DNA of 64,000 bases from a virus, in IMG/VR virus record IMGVR_UViG_3300045988_162176, positions 96,001 through 160,000 of that record, one strand, 5' to 3'. Position numbers and translations under genes: made by a program. Numbering within the stretch: the stretch's first letter is position 1; each line of letters begins with the position of its first letter. Below are positions 18,651 to 29,771 of the stretch, one piece after another. The notes beneath the pieces were generated by a model. The model saw nothing but the letters and a program-made list of their open reading frames with translations. It did no database searches and was not told the DNA's origin.

Positions 18651-18914
18651 TTAATTTGTTTCTGTTTCGTCTTCTACTTCTTCTACTAATTTATCAATGT
18701 TTTCTTTGAGATATTTAGTTACATTTGCATAGCCTTTGTCATTACAATCTTCACTAAAGCCTCTAAACTTTGTTCTTGCTGGAAATGCTTCTTTTACATT
18801 GCCTTCATTATCAAAATCAACACAAATACACCAACCAAATAAATGAAGAATACTATTAATAAACCAGAGTAAACCAGATTCACGAAACTCTTTCCATGTT
18901 TTTCTTTCAATCAT
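18651..18914 (-). CDS. hypothetical protein (87 aa)
   Basis: Uninterrupted ORF, ATG to TAA. Confidence 0.5.
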   Translation of the reverse strand: MIERKTWKEFRESGLLWFINSILHLFGWCICVDFDNEGNVKEAFPARTKFRGFSEDCNDKGYANVTKYLKENIDKLVEEVEDETETN

Positions 18915-18934
18915 ATTCTTATTTCCTTGTATAT

Positions 18935-18964
18935 AAAAATGGTGGAAAGTTACCCTTCCACCAT
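18935..18964 (-). terminator. rho-independent-type hairpin after the RNA ligase gene
   Basis: ATGGTGGAA/TTCCACCAT stem (18939-18947 and 18956-18964), followed on the minus strand by TTTTATAT. Confidence 0.5.
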
Positions 18965-20308
18965 AGAGTTTTTAAAACGCTTTAAATTGTGTAGGGCTTT
19001 TGTAATTTCAGAATATTTGTAGCAAAACTGTTTCTTCAGCAAGAAATCGTTTTCTTGCCCAAGATATTTGGTCTTTGTTCTGCCCTTTAATACTTTAGGA
19101 AGTTTATCCATCCAAAGCATTGCTTCTTTTTTATCATTCCAAAAGTCTACACATTCCGCATTTCCTTTAACTAAAATTTTATCAATAAGCTCTTTATAGA
19201 GATTAAGATATTCATGAACAGTATTATAATATTCCATAATTAAATCTCTATATGCTTCAGGACATTTTGCCAAAAAGTCATCAAATCTATCTTCGTGAAT
19301 AGCATTAATAACAGCGTTAGGAGAAATATTTTTAGATAATGCTTTATGCATTAAAACATAATCCGATGTTTTGACTTTGCATCTAAAATGATTTTTATGT
19401 CTATCAACCATATCAACTACCCAACCTTCTTTTTCAGAAGAAAGATAATTATCAGTATCAGCTAAAATGCTAAATAAAGTAGCATTATAATACCATTGAG
19501 TCATTTTAGAATCATATTCCTCAGCCATATCACTAAGGATATCAAAAGAAACTTCCTTACCATCCTTAACATCTCTTGCCGCAAGTAAATATAATCCTTC
19601 TTGAGATTCATTATATTTAACAACAATAGGATTTTTTGGAGAAATATATTCAAAAATAAAAGTATAATCAGGATAATCCTTAATTAATTCTTTCTGCCCA
19701 TCAGATAAGAGCTTATAACCCTCAGCAAGTCTCCAAGATTCAACAGGGTCTAATGCCTGAGAACCAGAACCTAAAATTCTGTCTTCCTCTGCAATATATC
19801 TGTATTGCTGATAAGAACCATCAAGCTTATTAGTAATAAAAACTGAATGAGCAAAATTATATTTAGACCTAATATTTTTAGGAGACCAATCACCATCATC
19901 CTCACCATAGTTCTTAAACTTTGCCAAAGATGCAAGAGCAATTTCATCGTTCTTTAAATCAAAGACACAAGAACGACATTCTCTATAAAGACCATCATAT
20001 AATTCAAAGAAAGAGCCTAAATCATAATCATCAGATAATTCAATAAAACCCTTGTACTTAAAAAGCACATAATGGTCATAACAAGTAATCTGAAGAGGGT
20101 CAAAAATCTTATTTAACTTTTCATTAAGTTTAGGAGTAATATTCCCCCATACTTCAAGAACTCTGTCAAGCCAATCATTAAAATTATAATTCTCAGGACA
20201 AGGTTCATTGTTAAGGAGAGTATAAGACTGGATATACTTTCTTTTAACAGTCATAACATATTCATAAAGAGGATGCCAAAGAAACTCTTTTTGAAAACGA
20301 AAATTCAT
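18950..20308 (-). CDS. RNA ligase-like nucleotidyltransferase
   Basis: 452-aa ORF with a KxDG adenylation motif (FITNKLDGSYQ). Sits next to a polynucleotide-kinase gene, as in the T4 Pnk/Rnl paradigm. Confidence 0.55.
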   Translation of the reverse strand: MNFRFQKEFLWHPLYEYVMTVKRKYIQSYTLLNNEPCPENYNFNDWLDRVLEVWGNITPKLNEKLNKIFDPLQITCYDHYVLFKYKGFIELSDDYDLGSFFELYDGLYRECRSCVFDLKNDEIALASLAKFKNYGEDDGDWSPKNIRSKYNFAHSVFITNKLDGSYQQYRYIAEEDRILGSGSQALDPVESWRLAEGYKLLSDGQKELIKDYPDYTFIFEYISPKNPIVVKYNESQEGLYLLAARDVKDGKEVSFDILSDMAEEYDSKMTQWYYNATLFSILADTDNYLSSEKEGWVVDMVDRHKNHFRCKVKTSDYVLMHKALSKNISPNAVINAIHEDRFDDFLAKCPEAYRDLIMEYYNTVHEYLNLYKELIDKILVKGNAECVDFWNDKKEAMLWMDKLPKVLKGRTKTKYLGQENDFLLKKQFCYKYSEITKALHNLKRFKNSMVEG

Positions 20309-20344
20309 CTTAAACTCTCCTTTACTAATTATTTATCTTCTAAA

Positions 20345-21310
20345 TTATTCTTCAGAAATTCCACTTGCAATTTTATCACATTCATTAAACAAGAAAAGCT
20401 TATCAAGATTTTCTTTTCCCATAACCTTTTCCCATTTAGCTTTAGACTTTTCAGTTTCAAGAAAGAATGGGAGCATATGGAAATTAACATAAAACAGACA
20501 TTTTAAAATATCATTCATATTAGTAAATCCAATGCAATCCAGATTCGCTAAGAGGTCATATGTCCCTACATTATGATGACTATAATATCTATAATCACCA
20601 GAACCATCTTCTTTGGGCTGTCCAGTAGTTAACTTGCCTAAATCATGAATCTGTGCGGCTCTATAAAGAACCTTATCGTCAGTTCTCTTAGCAACTTCCT
20701 CAGCACAAATCCTGCAATGCTCATCTAAAGTATACTTATGATGATGAGTCTTTTGGTCAAAACCTTTCATCAAGCTCATAATATAGTCATCATCAGTAGT
20801 CCAATTAGACTGAGGCACAATTACTTCAAACTGATTAAAATTCCAACCAATTAAATTAATTGTATCAAAACCTTCCTCATAAAAAGGAATTTCAAACTTA
20901 CCAATCTGTCTATCAATAACTTCTTCGGGAACTGTACGAGCCCTTGCTCTATTCTGTCTTTTGCAAACAGCAATAGGAGTAGTCATAACATAAGCAACTT
21001 TAGTGACATTTTCCTTATTGCGAACAATATCCAACAAGCTCTTACGAGATTTAACATTAATATTAGTTGCATCGACAATGATATTCATTTTATCAACGCA
21101 ATTATTAATACGGCGACGAACTTCTTTAAAGACCTCATCATTATGAGTTTGGTCATTTACATCTCCAAAAACAGTTTCACGAATTTCATCCGACGAAACA
21201 ATCATTGTGGGCTGACCCATTTTAGTCAACATATCTTTAAGATTCTGAGCAAGAGTAGATTTGCCACTTGCAACAACTCCAATCATCATCATAAAATTCG
21301 TATGTTCCAT
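20345..21310 (-). CDS. polynucleotide kinase (P-loop) fused to an HD-domain phosphohydrolase
   Basis: Walker A MIGVVASGKST, HD motif QIHDLGK plus YSHHNVG. ATG at 21308-21310 with RBS GAGGAGAAC. Confidence 0.65.
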   Translation of the reverse strand: MEHTNFMMMIGVVASGKSTLAQNLKDMLTKMGQPTMIVSSDEIRETVFGDVNDQTHNDEVFKEVRRRINNCVDKMNIIVDATNINVKSRKSLLDIVRNKENVTKVAYVMTTPIAVCKRQNRARARTVPEEVIDRQIGKFEIPFYEEGFDTINLIGWNFNQFEVIVPQSNWTTDDDYIMSLMKGFDQKTHHHKYTLDEHCRICAEEVAKRTDDKVLYRAAQIHDLGKLTTGQPKEDGSGDYRYYSHHNVGTYDLLANLDCIGFTNMNDILKCLFYVNFHMLPFFLETEKSKAKWEKVMGKENLDKLFLFNECDKIASGISEE

Positions 21311-21321
21311 TTTTGTTCTCC

Positions 21322-21768
21322 TCACTTCATTTTAGCAAGAATATTATCAACTTTTTCGTTGAATTCTTTTACCAGCTTTTCTTTATCAGTATCAGGTCTT
21401 GTTTGTCCCTCAACAGGAATTAAATCTCCTGCCCAGAACAGCCACTTAGGATTAGTTTCATCTTCTGCAAATTGAACAAGACTATTATAATCAGCAGTCT
21501 GTCTTTCCTTCTTCAAAGGGTCAAACTCAACTGTAAAAATATCATTTTTGTGTTCAGTAACCCAATTCCTATAATCTTCTCTCATTTGTTTCCAATCTGG
21601 ATACGAAATAATTCGATTGTAATCTAAAGTTACTTTTTCACCCTCCCATGAAGTAATGGGATTAGTAGTGATAGCATTCATTCTTTTAACAAAAGTAATA
21701 GCACTTTCTTTTGTTAAACCTTTTTTAGTGAGCTTCTTTACAGCCGCTCTACGTTCTTCTCGATTCAT
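21322..21768 (-). CDS. hypothetical protein (148 aa)
   Basis: ATG with RBS AAAGGAG. First gene behind the 21792..21820 promoter. Confidence 0.5.
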   Translation of the reverse strand: MNREERRAAVKKLTKKGLTKESAITFVKRMNAITTNPITSWEGEKVTLDYNRIISYPDWKQMREDYRNWVTEHKNDIFTVEFDPLKKERQTADYNSLVQFAEDETNPKWLFWAGDLIPVEGQTRPDTDKEKLVKEFNEKVDNILAKMK

Positions 21769-21791
21769 AGTTACTCCTTTGAATCATCTAT

Positions 21792-21820
21792 ATAATAACA
21801 GAAATAAACGAAGTTGTCAA
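21792..21820 (-). promoter_or_regulatory. sigma-70/sigma-A-type promoter
   Basis: Minus strand: TTGACA (21820-21815), 17 nt, TATTAT (21797-21792). Confidence 0.65.
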
Positions 21821-21834
21821 GAGGATAATAAAAA

Positions 21835-24297
21835 TTATTCCTCTTGCACTTCATCTTTTTCTTTCCAATCTTTTAGTTGCCTAATTAAAGCTCTACGCTC
21901 TTCGTCTTCTTTCCTATGAAGAATATTATACTATTCTCTAAGCTACCTATATTCCTATTTCAAGAATTCAGGTAAAAATGTTCTTTTAGTTGAAACGAAA
22001 TTTGTATCAATAGAACGTCTTAAAGCCTTAGTTTGAGCTACAAGTACACACAGCTTTTTAGCTCTGGTTAACAAAGTATAAATCTGTTGCTGACAAAGCA
22101 TCATTGGAGGAGTGCTATAATCTATTACCCCAATAATTACAGGACAACCAGAACCTTGATATTTATGCGTGGTACAAGCGTATCCTAAAATCAAATGCTC
22201 TTTAACTTCTTTGTGCTTTAAAATAATTGGAGCATCGCCCAAATCAAAATCAACAATTGCATTTTCATAATCAATACTTGTAACTACGCCAGTCCATCCA
22301 TTATACATAGCTGTTTGTGCTCCACTTGTATCAAAAACTTTATAATTGTTTTTAATACACATTACTTTATCGCCTTCTTGAATCCAAAAAGACCTGTCAT
22401 TTCCAGAAGCATCTTTCATCTTTTGGACATAAATTCTTGGACGAGATTCATTTAAATCAACAGGGTTAATTAATTTCTGAATGTCAAGATTTAAATTGTG
22501 AACACAAGCATCTCCACGTTCTTTGACAGGAGAAATAATTTGAATCTTTTCAATATCTCCGTTTACAAGAGGACTATTAAAATATTTCTCAAAGTAAGCA
22601 ATGGTATCTTTTCTATCATCATCTTTTTCATTTCGAATATCAAGTACCATATCTTGAAGGTCTCCACGAGTTTCAATGCCCTCATAATCAGTGTCTTGAT
22701 ATAATTGAATACCATTTCTTACATTGTAAGCTGTAGTTAAAATACCTGAAGCCTTTGCTTGTCTATGAACTTCTTTTAATTCAACAGTAGGAATCTCCTT
22801 GCTGTTAATCATATCCGCTGCTAAATTGAGGGAACCAATAGATTCAAGCTGTCCCATATCGCCAAGCATTAAAAGCTTACTACCTGTAGGAATTGCTCTA
22901 ATTAAGTCAAGAAAAATCTCTCCCCCCACCATACTAACTTCATCTAAAATAATGATATCGTAAGGTAATGGATTATCTTCTCCATAAGAAAAACCACAAC
23001 CACCAGTATATCCAAGAAGCCTGTGAATGGTAAATCCCTCTTTACCAGTAACCTCTTGTAATCTTGCCGCCGCTTTACCACTTAAAGCACATTGAGCAAA
23101 AGTATATTCATCAAGGACAGACAAAATACCTGTAACTAACGAACTTTTACCAGAACCCGCTAAACCAGAAATTACGCAAACTTGTTTTTCAATTCCCAAT
23201 TTAATACCATCAATCTGCTCTTGAGTGAATTGAAAGCCTTGTTTTGTTTCAGCCTTTTTAATCTTTTCTTCAAAATCATTAGCAACAAAATAATTGTTGC
23301 CTTGAAGCAATCTTTTAAGATGATAAGCAATATCTTTTTCAAGATTCCAAAAGCTCATTAAATAAACTCTTCGACCTGATTTGGTATCACCTTCTTCAAC
23401 ACGAATTAATTCTTCATCTTGAAGCTCTTTTATAGCTTTACCAACATTATTTACAAGATTGCCATCTTCATCTTCTACTGTTAAACTTTGTTTTCCACCA
23501 AGGTCTTCATACAAAGAGCCCATAAGTTCACCAGCAGACACCCAAGAATGACCTTCTTCACCCTGAGCATCAAGATACCATAAAATATAAGATTTAATTC
23601 TTTTCGTATCATAAGTCTTATATCCACTTCTCAAGGCTACTTTATCAGCGGTAAAAAATCCTACTCCCTTAATATCTTTTACTAACTGATAAGGATTGTT
23701 TTTTACGACATCAATTACTTTTTGTGGAGCTTTATATTTTTCAATTAGTTTAGAAATAAAGTTCGGGGAAAAACCAACCTTATCAAGCTCTAAATATACA
23801 GTAGACATATCTTTACTGGCTTCAAAACGCTCAATAATACAGTTGGAAATATAATCTCCAATACCTTTTGCTTTCTTCAAAGTTTCTATATCATGGTCAG
23901 CAATAGCTTGTAATGGGTCCTCACACACAGCAAATAATTCATCCATCTGACCTTCTGACAAAAAGGTTCTTAAGAAAGCCCTTTGATTCTTCTGATTAGA
24001 AAAATCAATATCTTTATTATAATAAACCAATTGATACTGAACACCGTATTTAGGATGCTCAACTTCTTTGCCTAATAATACATAGGCGGAATTGGGGTCA
24101 ATTCCATCGGTATACTCTCCTGTAAAAGTAACCTCACCATAAACACTCATAGTAGGTGAACCTTGTTCTACCTCAAGAATATTCCAAGAAACTATTCCCC
24201 AATTTTTGCCATCTGACCCAATTCCAGTACTCGGATAGAGGGTCTTAGAATGAGACGCTTTTATCTTTATAAATTTTTCTTCGGTATCAACATTCAT
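21835..24297 (-). CDS. RecD2-like SF1B DNA helicase
   Basis: Walker A GLAGSGKSS, Walker B IIILDEVSMV, GDMGQLESIG, TTHKYQGSG. The track ORF ends at TAG 21955-21957. The frame stays open through TAGs at 21943 and 21931 to TAA at 21835-21837, adding 39 aa. Confidence 0.85.
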
Positions 24298-25711
24298 CGT
24301 CAACCCTCTCTACATCTATTCTGTCAGAAATCATTTCAAGGTCTCCATTATCATCAATACCTTTAATCAACTGAACAGAATGTTTATACAAACTATCTTT
24401 ATACTGTCTTGGGACGAAGTTTTCTCCTCTCCTAAAACCAGTAACAAGAAGTTTAGTTCCACGCTGGAACCAAGATTTCTCAAGTACAGTTTTTGTTCCA
24501 TCATCATTCATTTGAGAAATCTGTCTATTATAAAAGTTAAATTGACCTTTATAAAACTTTATATCACAAACTCCATCAGGAGTCAATAGTGTAACTGTAT
24601 TTCTATTAGTGTCTTTATCAAGAACCGTACCACAAATTCTTTTAAGAACAAAACGAGCCTTCTCTTGGTCATGCCAATAATATTTGTAGGCCACTTCTGG
24701 CTCTTCTGGTAAATTCTCAAAAGGTACTATATTGTATTTCTCCTTGTTTACATGAGCAAGTTCATGTTCATGATAATACATACAAAGAGAATCCATTTCC
24801 CACTTAGAAAGACTTCCAGATGCTTTTTCATCCCACACAGCTTTAAACTTTCCTTCATTCACAGCTTCAAGCATCTTAGGGTCACTTAAGACATTATCTT
24901 TAAAATCTACCATAAGTTTATTAAAAACTCGGTCTAAGCTACCTCTTTTAACAACTCTTTGACCATCATCTCCCCAATCATAATCTTTTTTATCAACCAT
25001 ATCGTTGAGGAAATATTTTTCAAAATAAGGCCATGCAAATTTGTTTTCAAGTACATAATAAGCAGTACTTGCACTTTTACCTATTTGTTTATAAAAGAAT
25101 TTCTTCTGGAAAACGTAATTTCTAAATCTATATAATCTTAATTCGAACTTCTTTTGATTTTCAGTTAACAAATCAAGATTGACTAAATCTTCGATATTAG
25201 AGATGTTAAGAGACTTAACAGGACTTGAGATAAATCTAATAAAGTCTTCCATAATAGCTCTTCTATCTTTTTTCTCAAGATTATCAAAACACCGCGCCTT
25301 GATAAGAGAAATCATAGCCGTATCACCAAACTTATTTTCTTTAGATTCAGATTTGTATTTCTGCATCTTCTCGTAAAAATCCCACATCGAAGAATAAGTT
25401 TGATTATCAATAATAGCTTTTGCAATAGAAGTTCCAATACCTTGAATTGGTTTTAAACCATAAACAATTTCATTTTTCTCAACGTCAGGGTGGAAACCAA
25501 ATCTAACACGGTTTACGTCAGGTAATGCTACTGTAACACCTTCTTTTTTGATATTACCAATAGCTTTACTAATTTTACCATAGTTGGTATTTCCATCTTC
25601 ACCGCCAGAATCAGAAATCAAATTAGCAGTATTCCAATAAATAACAGGATAATGATAAGCAAGATTGGCTTCTTGCAAACCAACGATTGAATAGGCTAAT
25701 GTATGTGCTTT
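24287..25711 (-). CDS. dnaE: DNA polymerase III alpha subunit, exon 3 (C-terminal about 474 aa)
   Basis: Begins KAHTLAYSIVGLQEANLAYHYP, collinear with E. coli ..[24 protein letters not shown]. The exact 5' boundary is unresolved. Confidence 0.75.
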   Translation of the reverse strand, partial: KAHTLAYSIVGLQEANLAYHYPVIYWNTANLISDSGGEDGNTNYGKISKAIGNIKKEGVTVALPDVNRVRFGFHPDVEKNEIVYGLKPIQGIGTSIAKAIIDNQTYSSMWDFYEKMQKYKSESKENKFGDTAMISLIKARCFDNLEKKDRRAIMEDFIRFISSPVKSLNISNIEDLVNLDLLTENQKKFELRLYRFRNYVFQKKFFYKQIGKSASTAYYVLENKFAWPYFEKYFLNDMVDKKDYDWGDDGQRVVKRGSLDRVFNKLMVDFKDNVLSDPKMLEAVNEGKFKAVWDEKASGSLSKWEMDSLCMYYHEHELAHVNKEKYNIVPFENLPEEPEVAYKYYWHDQEKARFVLKRICGTVLDKDTNRNTVTLLTPDGVCDIKFYKGQFNFYNRQISQMNDDGTKTVLEKSWFQRGTKLLVTGFRRGENFVPRQYKDSLYKHSVQLIKGIDDNGDLEMISDRIDVERVDDEC

Positions 25712-26919
25712 TATTAAAATTAAAACTGACTATTTTTTACGGATTTTCTGTGTCTAAGTTTTGGCCTACTTAGCATCCGCAAGCTGTTTCCAAGAGCGTA
25801 TCAATAGCTCCCGTACTCTTGGTCTAACCCAAGATAGTCGATACATCATTTTCAAAACAAATTAAAACTTTTTTCTATTAGTTGTTAAAGGATATTTATA
25901 ATCCTTATTATAATAAGATGCTCCGCTATTAATTTTTTTAATGGTACTATAACTTTTTTGATATTTTTCGGCAATCTCGGTAGTCTTCAAATTGCTATTC
26001 ATTAAATCTTCTTGAACAGGTTTTACCCATGAGTTGAAATTATGCAATCTTGAATTTCCTCTAATAGACAAAGGATATTGTAACTCATCATTCTTCCAAA
26101 TTTTACCATTATTAATCATTGAAAGCATCCGAACAGATTTAATATTCCATTTCTTTGCTAATTCTGTATATGTTAATTTCCCTTCTTGTAATTCTCTTTG
26201 AATTTCTTTTTGCTCTTGACGAGTGAACATATCAGAATGCCCATCATGTATATAATCATGTAATGGATAAGTTAAATCTCCTCTCTTAAAATTTAATCCC
26301 ACGTTAATATTAGTAAGAAGACTATCAGATAATTTAGGAGAATATTTTTCTCTTATTTCTTTCATTGGAATAGCTTCAATTAACATTTGCTGAATATCTT
26401 TAATTTCTTCCATCGTGAAAATTTTACTTAAAGCTACTTTTTGCTCAAATGTTAACTTTTCTTTTTTTGCTCCATTTTGCCGACCAAAATCGGTATTGTA
26501 GCCTTTGCTCCTATTAGTAGAATCATAGAAAGAAATATAAAATCGCTCTCTTTCGTCTACATATTCTTGACTTTCTTCTTCTGGAATTTCTTCTATAATT
26601 TCTTTTGAGAAATTATCCCAACCATATTTTCGAATGGCGTAATACAAATGTAAAATATATTCATGAGCTTTGGGATTAAAAGCACAAGATTTATGATTTC
26701 TCATACGAGCTTCAAAATTATTTGTTTGCCCAATATAAACTTTTTGATTCTTTAAATTAGTAATTTTATATATAACCATGGATTCCTCCTTTCGGTAGTA
26801 ATTTGTTTTGATTTGACACGAGATTTTACCCTCGTTAGCTAATTTCTAAGATTGCCAATCCTTAAAAGAAATTAACCCCGTTGATGAAACGGTTAAGCTT
26901 GTGAGCGCCACAACAACGC
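25712..26919 (-). mobile_element. group-I-like intron (about 1.2 kb) in dnaE carrying a GIY-YIG homing endonuclease
   Basis: It separates ..MNRGYGFN from KAHTLAY.. within the conserved GYGFNKSH motif. The GC-richer structured flanks contain R/S-like elements (GGGAGCUAUUGA ... AAAAAAUAGUCAG). Confidence 0.65.
25862..26779 (-). CDS. GIY-YIG homing endonuclease (I-TevI-like)
   Basis: N-terminus IYKITNLKNQKVYIGQTNNFEARMRNH. Has its own RBS GAAAGGAGGAATCC. 305 codons with no TAG. Confidence 0.85.
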   Translation of the reverse strand: MVIYKITNLKNQKVYIGQTNNFEARMRNHKSCAFNPKAHEYILHLYYAIRKYGWDNFSKEIIEEIPEEESQEYVDERERFYISFYDSTNRSKGYNTDFGRQNGAKKEKLTFEQKVALSKIFTMEEIKDIQQMLIEAIPMKEIREKYSPKLSDSLLTNINVGLNFKRGDLTYPLHDYIHDGHSDMFTRQEQKEIQRELQEGKLTYTELAKKWNIKSVRMLSMINNGKIWKNDELQYPLSIRGNSRLHNFNSWVKPVQEDLMNSNLKTTEIAEKYQKSYSTIKKINSGASYYNKDYKYPLTTNRKKF

Positions 26920-27081
26920 ATTAAAACCATAGCCTCTATTCATCGAAATTAATATATCCCATACATAATGGCACAATTTAGAAGAAAGATGTTTTTCTTC
27001 TATATTTTTGTAAAATTCTTGTTGCAGTTCAACATAAGCTTTAGGATTCTTTTTCAGTTTTGTTATCACAGAGCTTTTTAT
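26920..27081 (-). CDS. dnaE: DNA polymerase III alpha subunit, exon 2 (about 54 aa mini-exon)
   Basis: The frame is open only between TAA 27091-27093 and TAA 26893-26895. It encodes ..IKSSVITKLKKNPKAYVELQQEFYKNIEEKHLSSKLCHYVWDILISMNRGYGFN, which fills the segment between LRRAMGKK and GYGFNKSH of DnaE. Confidence 0.6.
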
Positions 27082-27299
27082 CTCTGCTTCTTACAATTTC
27101 TTGTAAGCTCGGCGTACATTATTAACTCTAATGAGTTAAAGGACACTCTTGGATGGATTATATTTATTCACCATCTACGCTCTACGATACTTAACAACCT
27201 TTCGCAATTTGTTAAGTTATCTCGGTATTTCCATTTTAAAGGGTCCACCGATTTTGCCCTTTTCATTTTACTTGTCACCAAGTAAACGGCCCAAAATTA
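27082..27299 (-). mobile_element. ORF-less group-I-like intron (about 218 nt) in dnaE
   Basis: Exon 1 stops at ..ADKLRKSIA+TAA inside the conserved aD.LRRAMGKK motif. The intervening RNA contains the P-like element CAAAUUGCGAAAGG. The proposed junction follows the U/G rule (GCU| ... GAG|AUA). Confidence 0.5.
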
Positions 27300-29711
27300 A
27301 GCGATACTTTTCCTAAGCTTATCAGCCCACAGCAAATCAAAACCACCAATTTCAGGGTCTTGAACTGCCATCATAAAGTCTTCTTGGTTAGGTAACAAAC
27401 CATAACTCTTCTTAGCATATTTACAAACGACTTCTTGTTCATGTTTAGTCAAACCATAATCATCCATCTCTTTATACCAAAGAGTAATATCTTTCTTATA
27501 ACGGCCAAAACGTTCAAGAGGTGTTTCTGCCCGTGGAGAAGGAGCCATAAGTCTCATTACTGAGTTCAAAGCAGATAAATCCACTAAACTTTCAGGTTTA
27601 CCTATTGCAACAGCTTGATATCCTGTTTGTTTTTCCATTTGGAAGAATGACATAACTTTATGTTCATTTAGCATTTTCCAAATTTCGGGATTATTTCTTT
27701 CTATTTTATAAACACCCAAATATTTTTCATAAGTAGACTTTAAATCACCTTGCCATTCAAGCCTACCATCTTCCATAAGAAGATTCATACAAACGTGTTC
27801 TTTTTGAAGAGCGTCAATAGAAAGCAAATCCCATTTAATAAGAGATACTTTTTCGTCAGCGTGTAAGTCAAATTGAGTAATAATATCTCCACTTGTTGTC
27901 TTCATTAAAGCAGCATGGTCTACAACATCTGTCGCTGAAAGAACTACACCACCAGCATGAGAACCGACACCACTTACTAACCCTTCAATATTTTGAGCAA
28001 CTTCCCAAACATCAGGATACTCATTAGTCATTAAGTTAACAAACTCTTTATCAGGACGTAGGTTGTTTTCTTCATCACCATAAAAGCATTGCTTTAAAGT
28101 AAATTGAATACCACGCTCCTGACCAATATGCGAACTTAACATCTGTCCAATTTCAGGTGGATAGCTTAAGCCACGACAAGCAGTTTGAATTGCAACTTTG
28201 GCTTTCATCGTAGAAAGGGTTTGAACTTTCATAACACGACGATTTCCTGCTCTCTGGTCATCTCCACAATACTTGCGTTGCAAATAATGAATAACATCAT
28301 CACGGTAAGCATTCTCGAAATCTACGTCGATATCTAACGGGCTAACACGTTGAGGATTAAGAAAGCGCCAATGTTTCGTTGGGACTTCTTCTCTTAAAGG
28401 ATTAACCTGAGTAATACCCAAAATATACAGAAGAATAAATCCCAAACCAGAACCACGAGAAGGACCAACTAAAGAACCACAAGCCCAACACGCATTTACT
28501 AAGTCACGAGTCTGTAGCAAATAAGCAGACCAATGAGCATGGTTAGCTTCTGAACTTGCTTTAATGGATTCAAGGCAAGTTTGAATTGCATCATAAGTTT
28601 CTTTATTTGCTAATTCATCAGAATCTTTTTCAAGACGCTTTACAATCTCTCTAACAAGATGTCTATCAGCGTTGTAGTCTGAATTAAAGAACCATTCCAA
28701 CATAGGAATATCTTTGAAGTATTTTTTAGACAATTCCGAATCAGGCTCAGTCAAATCGTCTGGCTCATAAGGAATTTCCAAATTAGCAAACAAAGTATAT
28801 TCTTGAACCATGTCATAAATTAACATGGTATTATCTAAACCTTTTTGCACGACTTCTGGCGTCAAAAATTCATCCATATAAGAATGAATTTCTTCTTCTG
28901 ACATCATATAAGTTGTGGCATAAAATTCTCCAACCTCACGTTCTTTACCACTATCTTCATTAGATTTAAGAAAAGCTTCATGTACTTTTCTATCTTCTCT
29001 TTTGGGATAGTGACTGTCAGTGGTAATAATATATGGAATATCAAGTTCAGAAGACAATTCTACTAAAGCTTGATTTACAATAATTTGTTCTTCGCTCTTT
29101 GATGGTTGTAATTCCAAAAAGAAATTACCATGTCCAAAACATTTATCAAGTCTTTTTAACCACTTTTTAACACCCGTGTAATCAGGCTGTAAAGGATTTT
29201 GTCTATAAGAATCCAAAATTAATTTTGGACAACGACCACCAAGACAAGCAGTTGAACCAATAATATGACCTCTATCAGATTCAACAACTTCAAACAAATC
29301 TTCATAATAAGTTGGAGTACGAATATTAACATAAGTAAAGGAATTATCAATCCATGCTCTTGTACTTAATTCTCTTATTTGCTTATGTCCAATAGCATCT
29401 TTAGCCAACAAAATGAAGTGATAAAAAATATATTCTTTATCTTCTTCAATGCTTTTTCGATTGCAAAGATAAATTTCATTACCTAAAATAAGTTTATAAT
29501 CTTTCCACTTATCAGGATTTTTCTTTCGCAAATCGTCTATTTGAGTTAATGCTTCAACGTGTGCGGCAATACAGTCATGGTCTGTAATAGCAACACCTTT
29601 ATGACCAAGCTCCTAAGTATATGTGAGAAGACCCTTGACAGTGTTAGTGCTGTCAAGGAAACCTCTCGTATTGGAGCCTATGTCTGTGTGATTATGTACA
29701 CCTACAAACAC
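27300..29711 (-). CDS. dnaE: DNA polymerase III alpha subunit, exon 1 (PHP, palm and thumb; about 804 aa)
   Basis: GTG start 7 nt after AAGGAGAG. PHP motif VFVGVHNHTDIGS...GVAITDH. There is one in-frame TAG at 29613-29615 (GLLTYT[TAG]ELGHKGVAITDH). Confidence 0.85.
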
Positions 29712-29740
29712 GGCATTACTCTCCTTTATATTTTTGTCTT

Positions 29741-29769
29741 ATTATATCATGTTACTTTTAATTTGTCAA
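29741..29769 (-). promoter_or_regulatory. consensus sigma-70/sigma-A promoter driving dnaE
   Basis: Minus strand: TTGACA (29769-29764), 17 nt, TATAAT (29746-29741). Confidence 0.7.
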
Positions 29770-29771
29770 CC

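Noticed and set aside
26968-27285. Plus-strand ORF of 105 aa in the dnaE intron region, considered as a possible intron-encoded protein.
   Set aside because: It lies antisense to the dnaE mini-exon and intron A. It has no RBS and no recognisable endonuclease motif. The real intron ORF is the minus-strand GIY-YIG gene at 25862..26779.
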